DNA of 63,044 bases, counting the filler, from Bigelowiella natans CCMP2755 (Eukaryota > Protista > Cercozoa), in the NCBI GenBank assembly GCA_000320545.1. It is 9 parts of 9 records of this genome, joined end to end, with 100 filler letters (N's around TTAATTAATTAA, not from the genome) between each part and the next. Parts side by side here need not be neighbours in the genome. Positions count along the whole stretch, not along the records: positions 12,165 to 20,384 come from ADNK01001106.1; positions 20,485 to 25,304 come from ADNK01002316.1; 7 more parts are not named here. One strand, 5' to 3'. The position numbers and the translations under genes are program-made. The notes under the pieces were generated by a model. The model saw only the letters and a program-made list of their open reading frames with translations, was not told the DNA's origin and did no database searches. The stretch's first letter is position 1. Each line of letters begins with the position of its first letter. Below are positions 12,165-22,580 of this stretch, one piece after another.

Positions 12165-13236
12165 AGAGAGAGAGAGAGAGAGAGATTTCTTTCCTCGTCA
12201 TTCATAGCTTCTTACCTTCATAAAGAAAACCATAAGAGTTTTGCGTTGATGTGTCAATCTTTAGCACTCTCTTATCGGAACCACAAGGTGCGCAGTAGAT
12301 TCTCGGATCACTGTTAGAACCTTGATGAAGTATCTTGGCACAACTTTTACTCTCGAAGTGGCCATAGATACTAGAAGGGAAGTTAACTGATCGAAGACCG
12401 GACGGGAGAAAACGGTCAAAGAGGGAAGAGAAGGGGCAAACAAAATCGATGTGAGGCACGAATCGATAGCACTTTGTTTGGAATAGCGAGTAGGAATGCG
12501 ATTCTGCGGCTCGCGCTACGTACGCGGACCCCGCAAAAGGCAGATACCGTACACCCGAGAAGGATTGTACGCGTCGAAAACGCACTGATTCCTTTCGGAC
12601 ACACGCGATGGTATCGTATTTAGCACCGACCCCATCATTACCATTATCATTATCCCTCTTTACATCATCATGCCATTATCTCAGCATTGTTCACCCCAAA
12701 TCCCCCCTCATTCCCCAGGCTTCTATCTGTTACTTATTGAGGAGGTCGTGCCCGAACTCGTGCTCTGTATCCGAAGGTATGCACCTCTAGAACGTGACAT
12801 GCAGATAATCTCATGCCGCTGCAAGAGTTCGCACGCCGTGTAAGCACCTTGTTGTACATCTGTGGAAGATGTAGTAAATGAGTGCATCCAGAGATCACGA
12901 CGATGGTGGCTTGAGATAGCAAGAATTATAGATGATGAAAGCTCGGCATAAGACATGATTAGGATTTACCGATTATTTCGACGAGATCAGTAGCAGTGTT
13001 GATCCGAAGCCACTTTGATGAAATACAATCTTGGTAGCAAAACACACTCGAGTCCCCGTCAAAGACACAGCCCCCATATCCGTGTCCTGTATTTGCGCAG
13101 AACGATGTGACAACAGCAAAAGGGGTAACGAAGAAAGAAGGGGTTTAGGACTGGCGGGTCGATGCTTCACCTTCGCATACACACTAAAACACGAAGAGAG
13201 GAACTTAGGAGAAAGTTAGGGAGAGGGGGGGGGAGG

Positions 13237-13283
<47 letters not shown>

Positions 13284-13839
13284 ATGTAGCATGCATCGGG
13301 CATGTGCCAACCTATCGTTTAGGTAGCCGAATACTGACGACATTTAATTTTTTAAGTACAAAAAAAAAGTTCAAACTTGAAGTGTAGAGTTCCCATCTCT
13401 CATTTATTCCCTTTATATATTCTCTCTTTCAAAGGAACCTGGGGTTTGGTGAGGACTTTGAATTGGAGATTCCGTTGGAGATGGATGGTTAGCCGCTTCA
13501 GCGGAAAGGATGTCCTAAATCAGATTCACATTTCGAAGTCAGCAACTCGCAGCGACTTCTGTAACAATAGCTCTGCCTCACCAACAGCACCGCCAAAAAG
13601 AAAAGCAGCAATCGGAGGGACATCGTGCGCGCCGCCGCCCCCCTAGGTCTTTGGTGAGGATGGTATGTTGAAGGAGCGACTTGGCCAAACTGCGGGTCAG
13701 GTGTCGTACTGATAGGGCAATTTTTCCATGCGGTATACCAAATTTCATGTCGCTCAATGTGAAATCGCTTGATGTACGCATCGCATTACAAGCGTTTCAA
13801 ATTGAAACGCTCGCGAACAAAGCGGTGTGACAGCGCTGT

Positions 13840-14206
13840 TCTTACAACATTTTGGAAATGTAGTTCATCCTCATTGTTCTTGTTCTTGTTCTTGTTCTCT
13901 AGGTTCTGTTGATACTCCGGACTCTGCCAAAACCAAAGTTTTGCTGGGGGCCCCCTCGGATGATCCAAACGTAGATCGTCATGTGGACATGGCCTTCAGG
14001 AAGTTTTTGCTCAGAGTGGAGGTCTTGCGCCGTCAGTGTTTTGCCGCTAGTGTCATTGCAACACAATGACTAAATCATGCCAATTTGAAAAACCAGCTAG
14101 TTGATTTGCTAGTCACAGTCCTCACTGAAGCCAGTTCGAGGCACTGCATTTCGAACACTGCAAATGTCTTGCAACATTTTGGAAATGCAGTTCATCATCA
14201 TTGTTC
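13840..14206. repeat. Local 40-bp direct duplication (13840-13879 / 14167-14206) in a degenerate, pseudogene-like region
   Basis: tcttAcaacattttggaaatgTagttcatcCtcattgttc vs tcttGcaacattttggaaatgCagttcatcAtcattgttc; 37/40 identical. Confidence 0.85.
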
Positions 14207-14764
14207 ATTGTTCATTGTTCATTGATGAAGATGAGAGTGTGTGAACCTTTCTTGCAGTTCTTGAATCAAGGCGAAGTTCAATGTTCAATGTTCAATGTTC
14301 TTTTGTTTCACTCTTCTCTGTGTTTCTCCTTCCTCACCGAGCTAGCGAGCCCGAGGTCAATTGCCGGAGGTGGGGAGCAGTCAGCGTGTTCCATCATCCC
14401 ATCAGCTGCATGTGCCGTTCAAATCTCTTCATTCATTCCTTCAATGTCCTTCGTCCTCGGATCGATCAAGTGGGGAAAGGGAAAGATGTGACGGGAGGAC
14501 TGGAGGAGCAGATTGTGCCCCTAGTTGTCCTGATGCTCTCCGCCATCGCAGAGTTGGAACACAGCACACAAGCAGCACATGAATCATTTCGCTGATTTCA
14601 GGGTTCGCCGGCAACACTGCAGAACTGCAACACATGCGTGGGACATCTGCGTGGAATCATTGTTCATTGGTGCACTAGTCAAGCTAGATGTGCTGAAATT
14701 GAAGATCACATGCTAGCATGCACACATCCTGACAGGAAACATGTGAAGACATTGCTCATTGGTG

Positions 14765-15140
14765 CACACATGTGTTCACGCGCAACAGGCATGATGGAAA
14801 TGGAGCCTTCATGGCCATGTTCGTGCATGCGCGTACGAACATGTGCGTAGCTACACACACATGTTCTTTGCAACTTGTTTCATTCGTCTTTTGCACACAT
14901 GTTCTCACCCACACATGCTAGACATGCCAGCATGCACCAAATTAGTGCACATGTTCTGTTGTCTGTGGCACATGTGATCTTGTGCACATGCTAGCTAGCA
15001 TGTACTAGAAGCACACATGTTCTGAAGCACACATGAACTGTCCCACACATGTTCTTGAGTACACGTACATGTCCTAGATGGGGCACACGAACAGAGCCTT
15101 TGTGGCCATGCTAGCATGTGAATGTTTATTGGACACATGC
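14765..15140. repeat. Degenerate short repeat cluster (GCACACATGTTC-like)
   Basis: Repeated cacacatgttc / gcacatgttc / cacacatgtgttc motifs at irregular spacing. Confidence 0.6.
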
Positions 15141-15764
15141 CCATTGTGAAATTTGCTGCGCGGCGCATTGTCGCAGCTTGTCAACGTGACGTGCAAATCT
15201 TAACCCTGTTCTCCAAAAATTGGAGCACACAACTGACTAGCTAATAAGCACGCAACTAAGCAGAGCTTTCAACAAATGCAACGAGCCAGGTCCGACCTTC
15301 ATCTAATAATGGTCTGCTGCGCTGGATCACGAGCGCGCAATCGAATTTTTTGTGAACCTTGAGCTAGGCACGATGGCCAAACCGGCCATGACACAATGAA
15401 CTGTTGCCTGGCAAGTGCGTGCCACACGTCATACAGCACACTTAGCACGGCATGATGCACACCAGTGTCAGTTGCATGCACGGCGGTGCGCACTACTGAC
15501 GACACGAGCCAAGCATAAAGATAATGTTAGGCTCGCCAAAGGGCAAACAACCTCATCGCTTGAAGCAAATCGATCTAGGGAGTGTCTAGTGCATCGCAGA
15601 TTCTAAAGATAATTTCATGCAGAATGGTGAAAATTGTCTGCGAAGCGAAACAGTGAGTACTCGATCTATCTAAAGCTCACCATGCTAGCACGGCCTCTGT
15701 CGGACGAACACATCACATTAAAATCTGCGCTTTGTATACCACATTACGTTTCATCAGCGCCACC

Positions 15765-16291
15765 TCATTTCCCACTACTTCGCCTTCCATTCTCATCCCC
15801 CCTCCTCCTTCTACTACTGTTGCCATCCCTCCCAGCGGCGTCGTTACTACTAAGAATGGCCTTGAGCATGGCGTTGAGCAGCGTCGTTTGCTTGACTCGT
15901 TCGAAGAAGTCCATGAAGGCCTCGCAGCGGCCCACGCCCGGAATCTGCGTGATGCTGTATAATGCGCGCACGCACTCGCGCAAAACATCCCGTGATCGGT
16001 CTGCTGCAGCATCGTTGCCTTTCGAAGCTTTCAGCAGCGTTTTGATCTTGTTGAGGACGCGAGAGGGCAGCTCATTTGCTATGAGTAGCAGTGCAGAAGA
16101 GGTGCTCGGTCGGGCGGATATATCTTGGACAATACGCCAGGCCAGGATCGCTTCATCACCATCGTATCTATTTTTGGAAAGAAGAATGAGAGAGGAAAGT
16201 GAGGGATTGGGGGGGGGAGTGAGTTGAAGGGAATGCTGAGGAAAAGCTAAGAGAGACGTAGAGATGGATGCATATGAATACACACACACAA

Positions 16292-16350
<59 letters not shown>

Positions 16351-18181
16351 CTATATTTGTATTTTTAATACACACACACACACACACATACTGCGCATGT
16401 AAAGCAACAGTATACAAAAAAAGATATCACGGATGAAGACATGGACCATCATCGTCATCACCATCATCATCATCATCATCATCATAACGAGTACTATCGG
16501 TATCATGCGTGTGGTAGTTGACAGCATTCATGGCCTCCTGCAAACAACGCAAACAGCACGGAAAAGACATACTCTGCCAGCCCAGCTAGCAGCCTCGCTA
16601 AGCAGTTCCGCAACGCAGCGCCTTTCCTTGAGGTCTCCTTTGCGGCTGCTGTCGCGGCAGTGCTAAGCGCTACTGTTGATGATACCGTCTTCGATACGTC
16701 AGGGGCCGCAGCAGCTGTCATCATAATCATTGTTCCGAGAGCTTTGCAACCCGCCCGGCGGAGTGGAATGCCTGCAATTCATTACGTGAGTTGACGAGAG
16801 GGCGTCGATGCGGATGAGGGGGCAAAATAAGCAGAAAGAGGGGAGGAGGAGGGGAGTGGAGGGAGAGGAAGGACTACGAAAGTATAGGGATAATAGAGCG
16901 CCGAGAAAAGAAAGTAAGCGCTCATACTCCGTCTCCGGAGACAAGGTTCGTCATCATTTTTCTCTCAACTCAAACACGTCGTGGTCGTCGTTGTTTCTAG
17001 GGCGAGGGAGGGCATGGTGATCGTGTAAGCGGCTTGCTTCTGCTGTGTGTGTCTGCTGTCTCCGCTACCGTCGTCGACTCGATGCGTGAACGGCCCGAAG
17101 TTTACGATACGCACCAATTTGGGATCTGGGGTGACCTGCAAGGAAGTGGCGACAATGCACGGCGGCAAACCAAAGAACACCGTATCACAACGACGAATAT
17201 GATCATGATCGTTGTCGTCATCATCATCATCATCATCGTCGTCGTCGTCGTCGTTGTCGTCGTCACCACACACCGCTTTGTAAATCGCCGGCAGGATGAT
17301 TGAGTCCATTGTAGCGTCGTTGAACATGGCTGGATGCTTTGGGAGCACATCAGCCAGCAACACCATCCCTTGCAGACGGACAGGCTAAATATCGTCGGGA
17401 AGGTGACGACATTATTCACAAAGGCAAGACACACACACACACACACATACACACACACACACACACACAAGGAAAATACATATAAACATATTTAACCGAC
17501 TGCTATATCGATTTGAACGTGATCTATTTTTTTTCGTAGAGACTTAAGGCGCTATTATACATGATTTCAATATCTCACTGACCACCATCTCCAAGTTGTT
17601 CTCATCGTTGTCCGCTGCTGTGATGAGGGAGAGGAGAGGGCCGGAGGGGTCGTTCGCTACTCGTTTCAGTGTCAAAATAGCCCGCTCAGCACGTCGCCTT
17701 CGAGCACCCGTCCCCCTCCATTCCGCACAATGACATAACGCACGACGGAACGCAGCTAGGACCTACTCATCGGGGGGGGGGGAGCGACGATGGTGATGGG
17801 ACATTCTTTTGACTTCTTCCACTCACTTGGAAGGGGGTGTTCGGTTGGGAATCTTCCACGTCAATTCAACAAAATTGGGGGTTAATATATTTACCTATAT
17901 TTTTTTTTTATCCACAAAACACCAGGGTCGGGATTGAACTCTTTCCCCCTTTTTCTACGACCTAAAAACTTCGTTTGGCTTCCTTCCCCCCCCCCCCCCC
18001 CCCCCTCAATCGAACCATTTCTCGGCGACAGCAGCCACTTCTCCCTCCTCCTCCTCCTTCTCCTCCGGTTGCATTGCCTCCAGAGGCTAGGCTGCGGATG
18101 CTTGGCATGATCTCTTTAGGAGCCCCCGCAATTAGCGCCCCGTAGCAGTCGGCCACGAGTCCGCGCAGCTGATGGGTACGC

Positions 18182-18214
<33 letters not shown>

Positions 18215-18274
18215 CGTAGTGTCAAGTCATGGCACGACTATAAAATCAAACGACAATACACACGCATGGACTCT

Positions 18275-18316
<42 letters not shown>

Positions 18317-18974
18317 TCTCTCAACCGCACACATCGCCCACATCCATCGCGAGGGGCGGCGGCGGAGGGCGCCTCGAACCATGTCCCAACAACGGAGAAA
18401 ATCATGAGCGAAGGCTTCCAGATGAAGCGCACTTCAAACACGAAAGTCGCCCGCACCGCACGCATGATGACATATGCTGGTGCGCACAGCTATATTTTTA
18501 ACGGTGCTGCAGTACCCCCTCCTCCTTCACATCCGCGTGCGACTCGAGCATCTTTGAGATTCGGGCCGTGTTTCCCTCTCCATCCTCCTCCCTACTGTCC
18601 CCGCCTGGTCCGGCCAAGACGCGACCCTCATCGTCAAATCCCTCGAATGGGGTTAGCCAGCAGCGAAGGCCCTTTTCCAAAGCGCTGAGCAGAAGGTACT
18701 TTCTCTCCGGCTTCTCTTCTATCAGGCGGAGCAGCTGCACCAGGCCTTTTCCCTTCGGTCTTCTGCGAGCGGCCGTGACCCCCAAATAAGTCGCCGCCGC
18801 GGCGGCGACGCCTTCCTTTGATGTGGCCCTCGCGCGAGTCCCCTCCTTGAGCAGCCGCTCCAAAGCCACCTGTTGTTTGCATCATGATGGGCGCGTTGTT
18901 GCGTTTGGTTGCGGTTGCTTCTGCAGACGCTCTTAAAACTTTTAAGAAATGCAATAAATATGAAAATTGAAAGA

Positions 18975-19009
<35 letters not shown>

Positions 19010-19579
19010 TCTACAACATACGTTGTAAAGCTGCTGCTCGTAACCCTCCTCATCAGCAGCGCCTTCGTCGTCGTCGTCCTCCTCCTCCTCCTCCCCCCCC
19101 TTGTTCTTCTTATTCTGCTTCTTTTTCTTCGGGTTCTTCCGTGTCGAGAGCGGTAACATCCTCGCACATTCCCCCAGTGCTAGCAGAGCTACTCTCAATT
19201 TGGCATCACCAGCGCCGCCGCCCCCCTGTGCGACGGAAACGAGCCATTTGAGGGCATTCCGAGTGGGGGGGGAGGAGGGGGCCCCTTGTTTTTTCTCCTT
19301 CTCGTCGTTGTTTGATGAGGCGGCTGCTCCTGCTGCTCCTTTTGCTGCTGCTACGATCACCCTGGAGATGCACCGCGCTACGGCTTCGTGATTCCGCACG
19401 CCGAGCTTTTGGTCAACCACATCTGCGCACAAGAAGATTAACGAAGGAGGAGACGATGACGACCAATGGCGATGATGATCATGATGATGATGATGATGAT
19501 GATGATGATAATGATGATGATGATGCACGCGAGTCGGTTGGGGATATGGATTGTGCAATTAGTGTACTTGGAAGACGAC

Positions 19580-19612
<33 letters not shown>

Positions 19613-19658
19613 TGGTTCTTCATGTTAAGATTAGACCATAATATATTCGAGCAGTCAG

Positions 19659-19690
<32 letters not shown>

Positions 19691-19960
19691 TATATCCACA
19701 GAGATACAGCAGCGATGAGGACCCATGAGTTGAATGCAGAGGCCTTTTGCAGTTCTCATCATCCCCGTCGCAGATTTATCCTTCTTCTTTGCCTGCTGCT
19801 GCTCCGTGTGCTGCATGCTCACAGCTCCAGTAGACACGAGGAGATAGCAAACGCGCGCAATAGAGCCCACAACCTGGCAACCACCATCAAAGCATCAGCA
19901 CGCCTTTCATCATGCTCATCGACATCTCTCAGCACACGTATACGCGCACACACACGCGCG

Positions 19961-20002
<42 letters not shown>

Positions 20003-20384
20003 AACACACGCATCCAGCCCCCAAGTACGCCTATTCTTCTTCTCCGCTTCTACGTCTTACCCCCTCCCCTTGGATGAGCGGAGAGCGCAGGAAGAGGGAG
20101 AGGCTCCTAATAATCGCCTCGAAGCTCTGGGCGCTCAGGGGCGATGATGATGACCCCTTATCAGTGGCTTCATCTTCACCAGCAGGAAATGGGAGGAGGA
20201 AGAGGAGGAGCATTTGAGAGATGAGGTCAATGCACAGACGCGCCATAAACAGATCGCCTTCCGACACCTGCGCCGCGACATCTGGCAATAGGGAGAGGAG
20301 CAGCGAGCGTGCGAGGCCCGCCCCCCCCTCCTCGATGAGAAGTAGCGACCTTCGTTCCGGCCGACAGAGGGCGGCTGAGGAAGG
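15765..20384 (-). CDS. CAND1: Cullin-associated NEDD8-dissociated protein 1 (CAND1/TIP120), C-terminal half, many exons, 5'-truncated by the contig end
   Basis: Exon peptides follow CAND1 order: VSEGDLFMARLCIDLI..FLRSPLIQG, LRVALLALGE, AAAAATYLG..KPERKYLLLSAL, LRGLVADCYGAL, LVRIVNFGPFTHRVDDG (TIP120 signature), DVLRECVRALYSITQIPG. Confidence 0.88.
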
Positions 20385-20484
20385 NNNNNNNNNNNNNNNN
20401 NNNNNNNNNNNNNNNNNNNNNNNNNNNNTTAATTAATTAANNNNNNNNNNNNNNNNNNNNNNNNNNNNNNNNNNNNNNNNNNNN
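20385..20484. other. Artificial contig linker
   Basis: N44-TTAATTAATTAA-N44. Confidence 0.98.
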
Positions 20485-20978
20485 TCCTTCTTATCGCGGA
20501 AACAGCTCGACAGAGACACGGCGGTCGCCCTGTTGACTAGAGGGGTATTGAGCAATATCCGAGAGGAATCAACCGATAACAACACCATATGCATTTATAT
20601 GAAAGGGCTCTCTCCTGCTCCACCCCCCTTCCCCCCTCTCTTTCACTCTCTCGCTCTGTCCCTTTCTCTTTCTCTTTGCGCACGGCCAAACACATTCATA
20701 TATCCAACAACGATGTTTCAGGTGACAACCGCAATGGCGATGCCGATCAACCAAATGATGGTGCGCGAATGGTGTATTTGCTTCTATTGCCATGTTGGCC
20801 AATCCAATGATGGTGTTTGGATGTAGTTGCTTCTAGTAACGTCCAAATGAACATCATAAATGTGCATTTGTACTCCGTATTTTTCATTTGATTGCTTTCG
20901 CCAATACTCTACTATTTGCCGGCTATTTATGCTTACGTCGCAGAGCTCTGAAGTCCGTTGTGCCCATCTTCCGGTAAG

Positions 20979-21058
<80 letters not shown>

Positions 21059-21222
21059 GCAAGAAGCCTCCACTTTCCCAATTTTAGATATCAAAAAAGA
21101 GCAAACGCGAGGAAGAGTTGTTTCGATATTTATGATCGAAGGCGCTGCGCCTTTACGCCTCTCCTTCACCTTTCCATCAGGTATTGACGGCTGGTATCTG
21201 CACCTCCTGCGGCCTCTTCGGT

Positions 21223-21257
<35 letters not shown>

Positions 21258-21407
21258 TGTGTGCGTGTGTGAGTGTGCGTGTCGTTTTTGTGCTGCTAAG
21301 CGACCTACAAAACCGATGATAAATATTTGTTTCAGGGGCTATCGTTTCCCCGTTTTTGATAAAGCTCATGCGTATCACCTCACCGAGTAAGCGTGCGAGC
21401 ATATGGG

Positions 21408-21446
<39 letters not shown>

Positions 21447-21632
21447 TAATTGCGTTTTCATACATTTTCGCTATATTAAATCAGGTCAAAGTGCTTTGAG
21501 AGGAATTTCAGCAGGATCCTCCGCACACGGGTGCTGCAGAGCTCAGAGCAAAGAGATGAAAGGGGGGAAGAGGGGGGAATGGACATTAAATCTAATTTTG
21601 AATGTATATTATGACGATTGTGTATGCAATAA

Positions 21633-21675
<43 letters not shown>

Positions 21676-22049
21676 TCTCTCGCTCTTCCTTTCTCTGTAT
21701 GTGTGCATGTGTGTGCGTGTGCGTGTGTATGGATATGCCATTATACAGATTAGGTGCCGCGATATTTGCTGGAAGCGATCCTCGAGCATTCGTTTACGGC
21801 GTGGTAAAGAGCCCTGCGCGCAGTAAATATATCAATTTTCTGCATATGATATGATTCGTATGTGCATGCAGCATCATGACTTATCTCCATCTCGCCGTGC
21901 CGCGCCTGGCTGCTTTCGTGCACAAAATAATACAGGTCACCTTTGGAATGGTGGGCGCATGGAGTGCAATGCTTCTGTCAGAATCTAGCCCGTTCAAAGA
22001 GGTGGTTGTAGCTCTCTTACCTCCATGCAGTGCAATCAATGCGCAATGA
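20485..22049 (+). CDS. LrgB-family membrane protein, PLGG1 (plastid glycolate/glycerate transporter)-like; 3' part only
   Basis: Spliced product ...VALLTRG|VTTAMAMPINQMM|SSEVRCAHLP|VLTAGICTSCGLF|GAIVSPFLIKLMRITSP|SQSALRGISAGSSAHG|LGAAIFAGSDPRAFVYGV|VTFGMVGAWSAMLLSE...AQ*. RGI..SSAHGLG and VTT..A are LrgB/PLGG1 motifs. Confidence 0.8.
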
Positions 22050-22580
22050 CCATGACACATGCCAAGACTAGAAAAGTCACTGCTCAATCAGCGACTGCAT
22101 GCGATCGATCAAGCTGGTTTGTGCACGTTCATGTTGTGCAGGCAATGCCAGAATGGCCATGCTGTGATGCTTGCGCTGGCCAAGCTGCCTGGAAACAAGT
22201 TGCTTTGCAAATTTCTTTGTCGCTGCAGTTGCAATGCCCTGTTGCCTGACATCACATGAATGGCAGTGTGGCTGGGAGTCGGAAAGTGTCGCACCAGCAC
22301 ACATCACACACGTGTGACATGACAGACCAGCAACGTGCTGGCATGGTGCACACATCATTGACATTGCGTGTCCGTGATGAGTGTCCTGGAGATCTTCAAG
22401 GGATTCTCTCAGTGTTTCGAGTGCTGTCCATGTGCACAAGTCAATCCATTCGTTTCGAGTTTGCACCAACCAACGACACGTGCACGTGAACACGGGTTCT
22501 TTGTTGCGTGTGCACGCGAATTGACAACAAGCTTCTTGCGTGCGCTGCCGGCACCATTGCTGTGAAACTGTGGGGCAACA

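Noticed and set aside
12165-13650. Possible spliced gene fragment (GT-AG-bounded pieces on +, ORF 12202-12585 on -)
   Set aside because: Several alternative frames, no recognisable motif, and the strand is unresolved.
13640-14640. Transposase or zinc-finger relic on the minus strand
   Set aside because: Frames are broken by stops, with no diagnostic motif, TIR or TSD. Kept only as a degenerate duplicated region.
13974-15200. CpG-methylation decay or fungal RIP as the cause of the CATG/TGCA excess
   Set aside because: CpG is retained and TA is lost. CpG decay removes CG, and RIP creates TA.
19438-20217. ORFs made of poly-M/I/H, CVCV, YIYI, LSLS or THTH (here and throughout the window)
   Set aside because: They are translations of intronic microsatellites.
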